DNA of 64,000 bases from positions 14,898-78,897 of the forward strand of contig JAJYXW010000192.1 in NCBI GenBank assembly GCA_021801525.1, written 5' to 3'. Shown piece by piece: positions 24,776-33,734 of this stretch. The position numbers were made by a program, and so were the translations under genes. The stretch's first letter is position 1. Each line of letters starts with the position of its first letter. The DNA comes from Actinomycetes bacterium. Lineage in GTDB: Bacteria > Actinomycetota > Acidimicrobiia > Acidimicrobiales > JAJYXR01. The notes beneath the pieces are model-generated. The model did not search any database, had not been told where the DNA came from, and was given only the letters and a program-made list of their open reading frames with translations.

Positions 24776-26413
24776 ATGAGCACGGGACAACGTTTCGGAC
24801 CCGAGGAAGGTGCAGCTGACGCCCCCGAGGAGGGCGCTGCCCGCCTCGACGCTGGCGAATCAGCCAGGGACGCTGGCGAAGCAGCCAGAGACGCCGGCAC
24901 TGCCAGCCCGAGCGCAGGTAGCCCGAGTGAGGACCTGCCATGGGGGGCTTCCTGGAGTGCGTCCGAGCTGCTCCCCCTCGGCGAGCAGCTCCCCCCTCGG
25001 CCGGAGGAGCCCGGCAGTGCCGGACCAGGCGTGCTAGCAGGCCAGGAATGGGCACGCGGATCCACCTGGGGTGCCGGCGGTCCGACCGGCCAGGAATGGG
25101 CACGCGGATCCACCTGGGGTCCCGACGGCCCGACCGGCCAGGAATGGGCACGCGGATCCACCTGGGGTCCCGACGGTCCCGACGGTCCCAACGGTCCCAA
25201 CGGTCCCGACGGTCCGACCGGCTCGGGGCGTTCGGCTAAGCGCAAGGTCGCTGTGGTGGTCGTGGCGGCTTCCCTTCTTGTTGCTGCCGGGCTCGGGAGT
25301 GGCATCACTTACGCGCTCACTGGCGGTAACGGGGGATCTGCCCCGGTCGACCGGTCGCCCCTGCCGGTGGCAGCAGCGAGCAGTGTCAACCAGCCCGCTT
25401 CCACGATCAACGTGACCAAGATCGCCCAGAAGGTGGAGCCTGCCGTCGTCGACATCACCTCGACCCTTGCCTTCGGCCAGGGCAGCGCAGCCGGCACCGG
25501 AATGATCGTCACGCCATCGGGTGAGGTCGTGACCAACAACCACGTAGTAGAGGGCGCGTCGAAGGTGTCGGTGAAGATTGCCGGGCACAGCGGGTCCTAC
25601 GCAGCCCGAGTCATAGGCACGGACGCCAAGGCCGACGTTGCCGTCTTGCAGATCGAAGGCATCACCGGGCTGCCGACGGTGACGCTCGGCAACTCCTCGA
25701 GCGTCGCGGTCGGGGATGCCGTGGTCGCAATCGGCAACGCCCTCGATCTCCCTGGCGCACCCTCGGTCACCGAGGGCACGATATCGGCCCTCGATCGCTC
25801 GGTGACTGCGGGGGCTCCGAACGGGGCGACCGAGCACCTGACGGGGATGCTCCAGACCGACGCGCCGATAAGCTCCGGTGACTCTGGCGGCCCGCTGCTC
25901 AACGCTGCGGCCCAGGTGATCGGCATGGACACGGCAGCGGCCGGCAGCGGGTCCGGGGCAACGGTGTCGAACGTGGCCTTCGCTATCCCTGTCGACACGG
26001 TGACTTCGGTTGCAGACCAGATCGTGGCAGGGCACGCTGGCAACGGCGTGGTGATAGGCCAGCCAGGGTTCTTGGGCGTGGAGGTGACGAGCGTAGGAGC
26101 CGCGCAGAGTCCGGGCTTTGGGTCGGGCTTCGGGTCGGGCTTCGGGTCGGGCTTCGGCGGGCAGGCCGTTGCCCCGGCCAGCTCGGGCGCCCTGGTTGTC
26201 GGTGTCATATCCGGAGAGCCTGCAGCTCAGGCGGGGATAGCCGCGGGTGATGTGATAACCGGCTTCGACGGAAAGTCGATCAGCTCGCCATCGGCGTTGA
26301 CGGCAGCCATGGCAGGCACACGTCCAGGCGAAGCTGCGACGCTGCGCTGGATGGGTCCGTCGGGCAACACCCACACGGCGACGCTTACGCTTGCGAACGG
26401 ACCGATCCCCTGA
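24776..26413 (+). CDS. HtrA/DegP-family trypsin-like serine protease with a PDZ domain and a long repeat-rich N-terminal region
   Basis: Catalytic triad context: TNNHVV (His), ADVAVLQ (Asp), GDSGGPL (Ser). PDZ-like region: GALVVGVISGEPAAQAGIAAGDVITGFDG. One transmembrane segment, VAVVVVAASLLVAAGL. N-terminal 48-nt x3 repeat and a GFGS linker repeat. Confidence 0.9.
   Translation: MSTGQRFGPEEGAADAPEEGAARLDAGESARDAGEAARDAGTASPSAGSPSEDLPWGASWSASELLPLGEQLPPRPEEPGSAGPGVLAGQEWARGSTWGAGGPTGQEWARGSTWGPDGPTGQEWARGSTWGPDGPDGPNGPNGPDGPTGSGRSAKRKVAVVVVAASLLVAAGLGSGITYALTGGNGGSAPVDRSPLPVAAASSVNQPASTINVTKIAQKVEPAVVDITSTLAFGQGSAAGTGMIVTPSGEVVTNNHVVEGASKVSVKIAGHSGSYAARVIGTDAKADVAVLQIEGITGLPTVTLGNSSSVAVGDAVVAIGNALDLPGAPSVTEGTISALDRSVTAGAPNGATEHLTGMLQTDAPISSGDSGGPLLNAAAQVIGMDTAAAGSGSGATVSNVAFAIPVDTVTSVADQIVAGHAGNGVVIGQPGFLGVEVTSVGAAQSPGFGSGFGSGFGSGFGGQAVAPASSGALVVGVISGEPAAQAGIAAGDVITGFDGKSISSPSALTAAMAGTRPGEAATLRWMGPSGNTHTATLTLANGPIP
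25040..25183. repeat. 48-nt tandem repeat x3 in the htrA-like gene
   Basis: GGCCAGGAATGGGCACGCGGATCCACCTGGGGT... x3 encodes GQEWARGSTWG(A/P)(G/D)GPT. It is followed by 9-nt GGTCCCAAC-type repeats up to about 25220. Confidence 0.9.
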
Positions 26414-26543
26414 GCGGCTTGTCGGGCGAAGTGATGTGACATCTGGGGCGGGGCGGTGCGACCCACCCCAGACCCACCCCAGACCCACCCCAGACCCGTG
26501 CAATACCAGACAGCGCTCCGGCGTGCTTTACCGTCGCCTTCGC

Positions 26544-27764
26544 TCAGGGCACGGGTTGGCCGAAGGCGTAGATGGGAAACCCGTTATAGCTGGCAGAGTC
26601 GGAGGGGAGGAAGGGTCCGTTCACCACCACCGACAGCTTGCCGACCGGGCCGGGGCCGGCATCTCCCTCGACCGTTGTTATGAAGCCTTCGGGCCAGACC
26701 TGCGCGACAATGCCAATGTGCACGGAGGTGGCCACCGTGGCCGGTCCCGTGCCGTAGAAGACTGCATCGCCCGGCGCCGGGACCTGGTTCGGCGTCAGCG
26801 CCAAGCCGTGTGCCCTCACCCAGTCGTAGACGCTTCCAACGAATGGGTACGAAGGTATGGGTATGCCCGCCTGCTGCCATACCCAGGTAGCGAAGAGGGC
26901 GCACCACTCTTCGCAGGGCCCGTATGGATTGCAGAAGGCACCCGCGGAGACGTCCGGGTCAGGGGCAACCTGGCTTGCCGCGATGCTGACGATCGACTCC
27001 TCGAGCGCGGACGCAGGTGGTGACGGGAGTGCGCTGAAGCTGTAGTCGACGCCGTCGGGCTCGAGCAGCCAGTACCCGCGGCCGCCCACTGTAGGGACTA
27101 TCGCCGCCACAGGGGGCGTGGGAACCTCGCTCCCATTCGACCCGTAGAACTGGGCGTCACCGAAGGTGAACACGCCCCCGTCAGCGCCTACGAGCCAGTA
27201 GCCCTTGCCGTCGGGAGTGGCCGCGATGCCCGCGACCGAGGCGTTCATCGGCTGGCCTCCCATCGACCCGTAGAACTGGGCGTCTCCGAAGGAGAACACG
27301 CCCCCGTCGGCGCCAACGAGCCAGTAGCCCTTGCCGTCGGGCGTGGCCGCGATGCCGACTACTGGCGCGCCAAGCGGCTTGCCCCCCATCGACCCGTAGA
27401 ACTGGGCGTCTCCGAAGGCGAAAACGCCCCCGTCGGCGGCGGCGAGCCAGTATCCCTGCCCTTCAGGGGCACGTGCCATTGCCGTCAGAGGGGCGTTCAG
27501 TGTCGAGCCGGAGAGAGAGCCGTAGTCGGTGGCGTCTCCGTAGGGCAGGACAGCACCTTGGGTGTAGGCGTGAGGACGAGGTGGCGTGTCAGCCGCGCTC
27601 GCCGTTCCGGCAGGTAGGCCGCAAAGGGCTGCAAGGACCACCAGGATGCTGGAAGCCGAGTTTGCGAGCAGGCGCCCGAAGCGGCTGGTAAACGGAGTGA
27701 GGTTCCGCTGCATCGTCGGTGCACGGTAGGACAGCGCGGATCGAGCGTCGAGGGTTATTGGCAC
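26544..27764 (-). CDS. Secreted cell-wall hydrolase: tandem GYWL-DGGVF-FGDA-FYGS repeats plus a C-terminal CHAP domain
   Basis: Signal-like N-terminus LANSASSILVVLAALCGLPAGTASA. Four to five ~40-aa repeats (GKGYWLVGADGGVFSFGDAQFYGSMGG). CHAP-like segment CEEWCALFATWVWQQAG...SVHIGIV with Cys and His. Confidence 0.75.
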   Translation of the reverse strand: MPITLDARSALSYRAPTMQRNLTPFTSRFGRLLANSASSILVVLAALCGLPAGTASAADTPPRPHAYTQGAVLPYGDATDYGSLSGSTLNAPLTAMARAPEGQGYWLAAADGGVFAFGDAQFYGSMGGKPLGAPVVGIAATPDGKGYWLVGADGGVFSFGDAQFYGSMGGQPMNASVAGIAATPDGKGYWLVGADGGVFTFGDAQFYGSNGSEVPTPPVAAIVPTVGGRGYWLLEPDGVDYSFSALPSPPASALEESIVSIAASQVAPDPDVSAGAFCNPYGPCEEWCALFATWVWQQAGIPIPSYPFVGSVYDWVRAHGLALTPNQVPAPGDAVFYGTGPATVATSVHIGIVAQVWPEGFITTVEGDAGPGPVGKLSVVVNGPFLPSDSASYNGFPIYAFGQPVP

Positions 27765-27800
27765 AACGTTTCGCTGTCGGTCGCCCGCAGCGTGATCCGC

Positions 27801-28844
27801 TCAGGGCACCTCGGTGATCTTTCCGTATGTCGGAAGCAGCTCCACCCAGGTGTTCCCTGGCGCGAGCGAGATGGGAGCTCCGCTCCTGCCTATGAAGCGC
27901 GTGGGGTTGTAGATCGACGAACGTTCCCATGTGGCAGTAATGGCGATCCCGTTGCGCATGACGAGAGCAGGTCCGCTGCCCACCGTCTGGCTCCTCACCC
28001 CGTGGGCCAGCTGCGCGTCCTCCGCGTAAGGTCCTGCCGTTACGTGGACAGTTTCGACCACGACGTTTGCCGCCTGGACGGTGTTGCCGGCAGCAGTCGT
28101 CTCAGGCTGGCCTCCGAGGTAGCGAACCCAGGTCGCGCTGGTGGGGTCCCACTTCCACTGGACCGAGGCGATGGAGGACCAGGTGAGATCCACCGCGCTC
28201 AGCGTTGTGCCCGGCGGCGGGATCTTCGAGAAGGAGAAGATGGGTTTGGGAGGCGTGCGCGACTTGTCGATGGCCCACAGCCGCTTAGTGGATGTGTAGA
28301 GGTTGTTGGGCGCGTAGCGGCTCGAGCTGCGGGAGTACGCGTCGTAGTAGCGGGTGAAGTCGAGGTCGAAGACTCCCGATCGGGCAATCAGGTGCTCGTC
28401 CGGCAGTATGCCCCCCGCGAAGGCGAATCCGGGGTGACCGAACTGGGGAAGCAGTTGGCTGTCGATCCAGCGGGTGGAACGGACAGGTTCCACCCGCTGC
28501 GCCTCGTGGCACTGGAAGATGGCCAGGAGCCGCGTGATGGCGCCCTCTATCGGCTCCTCGAAGACTACGTCTGCATGGCTGAGCCCGCTCTGTGGGAGCG
28601 CGGACGGGTTGTTCCCGATCTTCACCGCCATAGCGGGGCGGGCAGGCACGGATCCCGCCGGTGCCGGCGTCCCAGTCAATGGACAGGTCGGCCCGCTCGT
28701 GCCCTGCGCCGCACCCGAAGAGGACGCCGTCGCGCCGGCAGCCTGCTTGGTCGGAGAGCCGCTGTGGTTTGCGTGAACTACGTAGGCGACAATGCCGAGC
28801 AAGACGAGCAGCGTTGCGGAAGCGATGACCAAGGAGCGGAGCAC
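27801..28844 (-). CDS. DUF3048 (YerB-like) membrane-anchored/lipoprotein-type protein
   Basis: N-terminal transmembrane segment, then CPLTGTPAPAGSVPARPAMAVKIGNNPSALPQSGLSHADVVFEEPIEGAITRLLAIF, which is characteristic of DUF3048. Confidence 0.75.
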   Translation of the reverse strand: MLRSLVIASATLLVLLGIVAYVVHANHSGSPTKQAAGATASSSGAAQGTSGPTCPLTGTPAPAGSVPARPAMAVKIGNNPSALPQSGLSHADVVFEEPIEGAITRLLAIFQCHEAQRVEPVRSTRWIDSQLLPQFGHPGFAFAGGILPDEHLIARSGVFDLDFTRYYDAYSRSSSRYAPNNLYTSTKRLWAIDKSRTPPKPIFSFSKIPPPGTTLSAVDLTWSSIASVQWKWDPTSATWVRYLGGQPETTAAGNTVQAANVVVETVHVTAGPYAEDAQLAHGVRSQTVGSGPALVMRNGIAITATWERSSIYNPTRFIGRSGAPISLAPGNTWVELLPTYGKITEVP

Positions 28845-28919
28845 GGGACCCGATCGTATTCACTAGACCCGCCGCGCTTTAGCGCGCCCCGGCATGGTAT
28901 CCTCCGATACCCGCGTGTT

Positions 28920-28992
28920 GCCTCCTTAGCTCAGTCGGCAGAGCACAGCCATGGTAAGGCTGGTGTCGTGGGTTCGATTCCCACAGGAGGCT
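28920..28992 (+). tRNA. tRNA-Thr (anticodon GGT)
   Basis: Cloverleaf read by hand: acceptor GCCTCCT/AGGAGGC, D arm GCTC-AGTCGGC-AGAGC, anticodon stem CAGCC/GGCTG with loop ATGGTAA, T arm GTGGG-TTCGATT-CCCAC. CCA is not encoded. Confidence 0.9.
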
Positions 28993-28997
28993 CGCCA

Positions 28998-29074
28998 GGC
29001 GGCGTAGCTCAGTCGGTCAGAGCACACGGCTCATAATCGTGGGGTCGCGGGTTCGAGTCCCGCCGCCGCTACCA
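28998..29074 (+). tRNA. tRNA-Met (anticodon CAT), elongator type
   Basis: Acceptor GGCGGCG/CGCCGCT, D arm GCTC-AGTCGGTC-AGAGC, anticodon loop CTCATAA, T arm GCGGG-TTCGAGT-CCCGC, encoded CCA. The anticodon stem CACGG/TCGTG lacks the three G-C pairs of initiator tRNA. Confidence 0.9.
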
Positions 29075-29088
29075 CCCGAGGGGTGCCA

Positions 29089-29145
29089 GGCAGAAGCAGG
29101 TGCCAGTGAGAAGCAGGTTCTAGTGAGAAGCAGGTTCGAGCAGGC
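29089..29145. repeat. ~17-nt tandem repeat x3 (GTGAGAAGCAGGTTCNA) between tRNA-Met and rpmG
   Basis: cagaagcaggtgcca / gtgagaagcaggttcta / gtgagaagcaggttcga. Confidence 0.8.
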
Positions 29146-29160
29146 TGGGAGGAGGCTCCG

Positions 29161-29325
29161 GTGGCCAAGAACGAGAAGAGGGTCCAGGTGACGCTTGCTT
29201 GCGAGGTCTGCAAGCGCAGGAACTACGTGACCATGAAGAACAAGCAGAACGACCGCGAGCGCCTGGAGCTGAAGAAGTACTGCAAGTTCGACCGCGCCCA
29301 GACTCTCCACAAGGAAACCCGCTGA
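29161..29325 (+). CDS. rpmG: 50S ribosomal protein L33
   Basis: 54-aa ORF, below the track length cutoff: [57 protein letters not shown] start with a GGAGG 8 nt upstream. Confidence 0.9.
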   Translation: MAKNEKRVQVTLACEVCKRRNYVTMKNKQNDRERLELKKYCKFDRAQTLHKETR

Positions 29326-29429
29326 GCCTCCCGACCTGCGGGTTCCCGCTCGTTCACTCCCAGCGACCCGGTGGTAGGCTCTGAGCGCCCCTGATTGGTC
29401 GACCCGAAGAGTTCGGGTCCAGCCGGCGG

Positions 29430-29505
29430 AGGGCAGTAGCTCAACTGGTAGAGCACCGGTCTCCAAAACCGGCGGTTGGGGGTTCGAGTCCCTCCTGCCC
29501 TGCCA
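29430..29505 (+). tRNA. tRNA-Trp (anticodon CCA)
   Basis: Acceptor AGGGCAG/CTGCCCT, D arm GCTC-AACTGGT-AGAGC, anticodon stem CCGGT/ACCGG with loop CTCCAAA, T loop TTCGAGT, encoded CCA. Canonical position upstream of secE. Confidence 0.9.
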
Positions 29506-29548
29506 CGCACCGATGTAGCCAGCCAACGCGTCGAAAGGCCGCCGAGCA

Positions 29549-29866
29549 GTGAACCGAGAGATGAAGCGCATGATGCAGCGCCAAGGCCAGCTCGAGGCCG
29601 ATGGCTCTCCCGCGCAGCGCCGGCCGCCGCCCACGGCGGGTCGCCCACCGCGCCCTTCGTCCCAGCCGGAGAGGACGATTCCCGGTCGTGTGAGCGAGTT
29701 CGTCCGTGAGATACGCTCGGAGCTTCGCCAGGTTGCCTGGCCCACCCGCAGCGAGGTCGTGAACTCCACTGTGGTGGTGCTCATAACCCTCGTGCTGCTG
29801 ATCGCCCTGATCTTCGTTCTCAACTACGCCTTTGCCAAGGGCGCCGCCTTCCTCTTCACGCCATGA
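29549..29866 (+). CDS. secE: Preprotein translocase subunit SecE
   Basis: The C-terminal motif VREIRSELRQVAWPTRSEVVNSTVVVLITLVLLIALIFVLN is typical of SecE. Position is between tRNA-Trp and nusG. Confidence 0.9.
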   Translation: MNREMKRMMQRQGQLEADGSPAQRRPPPTAGRPPRPSSQPERTIPGRVSEFVREIRSELRQVAWPTRSEVVNSTVVVLITLVLLIALIFVLNYAFAKGAAFLFTP

Positions 29867-29871
29867 CCGTC

Positions 29872-29919
29872 CCAACTGCTCTACCAACTGCTCTACCAAC
29901 CGCTCCACCAACTGCTCTC
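29872..29919. repeat. 12-nt tandem repeat x4 (CCAACTGCTCTA) between secE and nusG
   Basis: Two perfect and two variant copies, starting 6 nt after the secE stop. Confidence 0.85.
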
Positions 29920-29993
29920 TCGAGAGGTCCTGTGTGCCAATACGCTGGATCTGTGACAGCGCGACCAACTAGTCCGGAAACCCAGGCGAGGCC

Positions 29994-30776
29994 ATGACCG
30001 ACACAGCCCAGAACGAGATGCCAGCCGGCAGCCTGCCCGGTGAGCCGGGCACCGAGGCGCCCGAGCGCGCAGAGGTGGGATCCGACGACGCAGACGTCTA
30101 CGTGGACGGCCCGGGGGTCGAGGATGTCGAGGACGACGCGGCGCTCGAGGACGACGCGGCGCTCGAGGACGACGCGGCGCTAGAGGATGCCGAGGATGCC
30201 GAGGACGTGGCCCCTCTGCGCGAGAGCCCGTACGACAGGCCGGGAAGCTGGTACGTCGTGCATACTTACGCCGGCTACGAGAACAAGGTGAAGTCGAACC
30301 TCGAGAGCCGGATCGTCTCCATGAACATGGAGGACCGGATATTCGAGGTCGTCATTCCGATGGAGGACGTAGTCGAGTTCAAGGCCGGCAAGAAGGTGGT
30401 CGTCCAGAAGAAGGTGTTCCCCGGCTACCTCCTCACGCGCTGCGCGCTCGACGACGACTCGTGGTCGGTGATCCGTAACACCCCCGGGGTCACCGGCTTC
30501 GTGGGTCCGGGCACCAAGCCGACGCCGCTCTCGCGTAAGGAGGTGGAGAGCATCCTGCAGGTGAAGGTCGAGGGCGCCGAGCCTGCAAAGAAGTCGCGCC
30601 CGCGCCTCGCGTACGAGATCGGTGAGACGGTGCGGGTGAAGGAAGGCCCCTTTGCCGACTTCTCCGGCCAGATCGACGACATAAACGAGGACCAGCTCAA
30701 GCTGAAGGTGCTCGTCAACATCTTCGGGCGTGAGACGCCCGTGGAGCTGGAGTTTGGTCAGGTGGCAAAGCTGTGA
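29994..30776 (+). CDS. nusG: Transcription termination/antitermination factor NusG with an ~80-aa acidic N-terminal extension
   Basis: NGN domain [25 protein letters not shown] domain [40 protein letters not shown]. The N-terminal extension contains DDAALE x3. Confidence 0.95.
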   Translation: MTDTAQNEMPAGSLPGEPGTEAPERAEVGSDDADVYVDGPGVEDVEDDAALEDDAALEDDAALEDAEDAEDVAPLRESPYDRPGSWYVVHTYAGYENKVKSNLESRIVSMNMEDRIFEVVIPMEDVVEFKAGKKVVVQKKVFPGYLLTRCALDDDSWSVIRNTPGVTGFVGPGTKPTPLSRKEVESILQVKVEGAEPAKKSRPRLAYEIGETVRVKEGPFADFSGQIDDINEDQLKLKVLVNIFGRETPVELEFGQVAKL

Positions 30777-30916
30777 CCTCTCGCTCGACCCGCAGGTGGC
30801 GGCCGTCGGGTGACCCGGGTCGCCTGCTGCCCGAAGCTCCCGAGGGCTCGCGCCGAGGCACCCGCAGCCTCTGAGCGGGCACGTTTGTTCCGATAATCCG
30901 AGGAGACGATCGAGAC

Positions 30917-31345
30917 ATGGCCAAGAAGAAGACCATCGCAGTGGTGAAGATCCAGCTTCCTGCCGGCGGCGCCACCCCAGCGCCTCCGGTCGGCACGGCG
31001 CTCGGTCCCCACGGGGTGCAGACAATGGAGTTCTGCAAGCAGTACAACGCTGCCACGGAGTCCCAGCGCGGGTCCGTTGTCCCCGTAGAGATCACGATCT
31101 TCGACGACCGCTCTTTCAGCTTCGTGCTGAAGACATCCCCGACGCCGTTCCTGTTGAGGCAGGCTGCAGGACTCGAGAAGGGCTCGGCCGCCTCGGGGCG
31201 CGACCAGGTCGGGACAGTGACCGATGCCCAGATCGAGGAGATCGCGAAGATCAAGCTCCCCGACCTCAACACCGCCGACCTCGAAGCGGCCAAGCGCCAG
31301 GTTGCCGGCACCGCGCGCTCGATGGGCCTCGTGGTGGCCGGCTGA
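30917..31345 (+). CDS. rplK: 50S ribosomal protein L11
   Basis: Conserved text: [34 protein letters not shown]... Confidence 0.97.
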   Translation: MAKKKTIAVVKIQLPAGGATPAPPVGTALGPHGVQTMEFCKQYNAATESQRGSVVPVEITIFDDRSFSFVLKTSPTPFLLRQAAGLEKGSAASGRDQVGTVTDAQIEEIAKIKLPDLNTADLEAAKRQVAGTARSMGLVVAG

Positions 31346-31380
31346 GTGCCCAAGGGCTTGACGGACAGACAGGAGCGAAG

Positions 31381-32100
31381 GTGAAGAGAGGAAAGAAATA
31401 CCGAGCGGTGCTCGAGCGCTTCGACAGGGAGAAGCTCTACGACCTGGTGTCGGCAGTGGACCTGGTGAAGGAGGCGGCGACCGCCGGCTTCGACGAAACG
31501 GTGGAGCTTGCGATAAGGCTCGGCGTCGATCCGCGCAAGGCAGACCAGATCGTCCGCGGAACCCTCACCCTGCCCGAGGGGACCGGTCGCACTGCACGGG
31601 TCATTGCCTTCGCCGCGGGCGACGCGGCAGCCGAGGCTCGCGAGGCTGGCGCCGACGCTGTCGGTGCCGACGACCTCGTGGCGAGGATCGAGGGCGGCTT
31701 CCTTGACTTCGACGTGGCGATCGCGACTCCGGACCTCATGGGTCAGGTGGGAAAGCTGGGCCGGGTGCTCGGGCCCCGCGGGCTGATGCCGAACCCGAAG
31801 ACCGGCACTGTCACGACGGATGTCGGCAGGGCGGTAGCCGAGTTCAAGGGCGGGCGCGTCGAGTACCGCACCGACAGGGTCGGCAACGTCCATGTCCGGG
31901 TCGGCAAGGTCTCCTTCGACCGCGGGAGGATCGTGCGGAATGTCGTGGCGGTGGTGGACGAGCTGGTCCGCGCCAAGCCGGCTGCCGCAAAAGGCCGTTA
32001 CCTCCGGAGCGTGACGCTCTCGTCCACCATGGGGCCCGGTGTGCGTGTAGATCCTCTGCGCGTCAGGCTCACCGAGGAGGAGCTCGCCGCCTCGGCCTGA
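31381..32100 (+). CDS. rplA: 50S ribosomal protein L1
   Basis: Conserved text: [22 protein letters not shown]...[19 protein letters not shown] start. Confidence 0.97.
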   Translation: MKRGKKYRAVLERFDREKLYDLVSAVDLVKEAATAGFDETVELAIRLGVDPRKADQIVRGTLTLPEGTGRTARVIAFAAGDAAAEAREAGADAVGADDLVARIEGGFLDFDVAIATPDLMGQVGKLGRVLGPRGLMPNPKTGTVTTDVGRAVAEFKGGRVEYRTDRVGNVHVRVGKVSFDRGRIVRNVVAVVDELVRAKPAAAKGRYLRSVTLSSTMGPGVRVDPLRVRLTEEELAASA

Positions 32101-32440
32101 GAGCGTGCGCCGGCAAAGGTCGGCGTGCAGGCCCCTCTGCCGGGCCCGTGCCGGCCGCGGATGTGCGAGGTCGACCTGGATGAAGTAGAGTGCGAAAGTT
32201 CGCAGGCCTGGCACACCCGTGGGAGCCATCGGGTCGGCCGGTGCAAGTGAGCAGGTGTAGATCGCAGTTCTGGCAAGCTGTTCGCCACAGACCTCCGGTT
32301 CATCGCCTCGGCGGTGCGAAGGGACCCAAGGGTCCGCCCGAGCAGGCGACGACCATCACCCGTTTGGTTCGGGTAACGAGCGTCCCCTGCATGGCGGCTG
32401 TGCGGCAGCAAAGGGCATTGCCCGCAGGGAGGAGCGCTGG
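32101..32440 (+). promoter_or_regulatory. Long rplJ 5' leader; candidate L10(L12)4 autoregulatory leader RNA
   Basis: A 340-nt non-coding gap lies between rplA and rplJ. It contains local hairpins such as GGACCCaaGGGTCC. The call rests on position only; no covariance model was run. Confidence 0.25.
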
Positions 32441-33226
32441 ATGGACGAGCCGAGACCGGAGAAGGTAGCAGTGGTGGAGGAGGTGCGCGAGCGCCTCGCC
32501 TCTTCGACGGCGGCCGTCTTGACCGAGTACCGCGGCCTCAGCGTGGCGGAGATGGCCCAGCTTCGCACGACTCTCGCAGCCGCAGGCGGGGAGTACAAGG
32601 TGTTCAAGAACACCCTGGTGAGGCGGGCTGTAGACGGCGGGCCCCATCAGGGAATATCACCATGGCTGACGGGACCGACGGCCATTGCGTTCGTGTCCGG
32701 CGAGATCACGGCCGTGGCCAAGGCGCTGCGCGACTATTCGAGGGCCAACCCGCACCTGGTGCTGAAGGGTGGGATCCTGGGCGAGGGCCTTCTCAGCCCC
32801 GCGGAGCTGGCAGCATTGGCGGAGCTGCCGTCGCGCGAGGTGATGCTCGCTCGCTTCGCCGGGATGCTGGCTGCCCCGATGCAGCAGCTTGCCGGTCTGC
32901 TGCAGGCCCTTCCGCGCAACCTGGCCTACGGCCTTTCGGCTCTCGTCGACCTGCGGCGCTCTGAAGCGGGCGCCGGGGTCGCCCCCGAAGTTGCCCCCGC
33001 GGCCGAGCCCGCCCCCGAGGTAGCGGCCGAGATCGCGGCCGAGCCCGAGGTAGCGGACCCGCCCGAGGTCGCGGCTGAGCCCGAGGCGGCGGCTGAGCCC
33101 GAGGTAGCGGCCGAGCCCGAGGTAGCGGACCCGCCCGAGGCGGCCCCCGAGGTCGCGGCTGAGCCCGAGGCGGAAGTAGCGGACCAGGCTGCTTCCGAGA
33201 CCGAAGCGTCCGACGAACCCAGCTAG
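32441..33226 (+). CDS. rplJ: 50S ribosomal protein L10 with a ~90-aa Pro/Glu/Ala/Val repeat tail
   Basis: The L10 core is LTEYRGLSVAEMAQLRTTL...YKVFKNTLVRRA. The tail is PEVAAEPE-type repeats. Confidence 0.95.
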   Translation: MDEPRPEKVAVVEEVRERLASSTAAVLTEYRGLSVAEMAQLRTTLAAAGGEYKVFKNTLVRRAVDGGPHQGISPWLTGPTAIAFVSGEITAVAKALRDYSRANPHLVLKGGILGEGLLSPAELAALAELPSREVMLARFAGMLAAPMQQLAGLLQALPRNLAYGLSALVDLRRSEAGAGVAPEVAPAAEPAPEVAAEIAAEPEVADPPEVAAEPEAAAEPEVAAEPEVADPPEAAPEVAAEPEAEVADQAASETEASDEPS

Positions 33227-33257
33227 TAGACAAACCACCAGGAGGAGTTGAGCCGAC

Positions 33258-33656
33258 ATGGCTGACAAGACATTGACCAAGGACCAGATACTCGACGGTA
33301 TCGCCGCGCTGAGCGTCATCGAGCTCGCGGAGCTGCTGAAGGATTTCGAGGAGCGCTTCGGGGTGACCGCGGCAGCGCCGGTGGCCGTCGCGGCTGCACC
33401 GGCAGCGGCGGGCGGTGCCGACGCGGCGTCCGCAGAGGACGAGAAGGACGAGTTCGACGTTGTTCTCACCTCAGCCGGCGACAAGAAGATCCAGGTCATC
33501 AAGGAGGTGCGCTCGCTCACCAATCTCGGCCTGAAGGAGGCCAAGGACCTGGTCGACGGAGCGCCCAAGCCCGTGCTCGAGAAGGCCACGAAGGACGACG
33601 CCGAGAAGGCGAAGGCTCAGCTCGAGGCAGCCGGAGCGACGGTCGAGCTCAAGTAG
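33258..33656 (+). CDS. rplL: 50S ribosomal protein L7/L12
   Basis: Conserved text: [26 protein letters not shown]...[32 protein letters not shown]. Confidence 0.97.
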   Translation: MADKTLTKDQILDGIAALSVIELAELLKDFEERFGVTAAAPVAVAAAPAAAGGADAASAEDEKDEFDVVLTSAGDKKIQVIKEVRSLTNLGLKEAKDLVDGAPKPVLEKATKDDAEKAKAQLEAAGATVELK

Positions 33657-33670
33657 GACAAGTAGGGCGA

Positions 33671-33690
33671 GCCGCCAACTCGTCGGCGGC
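33671..33690 (+). terminator. GC-rich hairpin downstream of rplL (candidate terminator, no U-tract)
   Basis: GCCGCC-aactcgtc-GGCGGC lies 15 nt after the rplL stop. Confidence 0.4.
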
Positions 33691-33734
33691 ACAGCACCTC
33701 AGGTGCTCTAGGGCACAGCACCTCAGGTGCTCTA
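33689..33734. repeat. 22-nt direct repeat x2, each copy containing the palindrome AGCACCtcaGGTGCT
   Basis: GCACAGCACCTCAGGTGCTCTA occurs at 33689-33710 and 33713-34. The second copy contains the stop codon of the 1730-aa minus-strand gene. The repeats sit between convergent genes. Confidence 0.85.

Noticed and set aside
25034-26503. 489-aa minus-strand ORF
   Set aside because: It is antisense to the HtrA-like protease gene, which has a complete catalytic triad and PDZ domain.
28998-29074. tRNA-Met as the initiator tRNA
   Set aside because: The anticodon stem is CACGG/TCGTG, not the three consecutive G-C pairs of initiators. Positions 1-72 pair (G-U). It is called an elongator.
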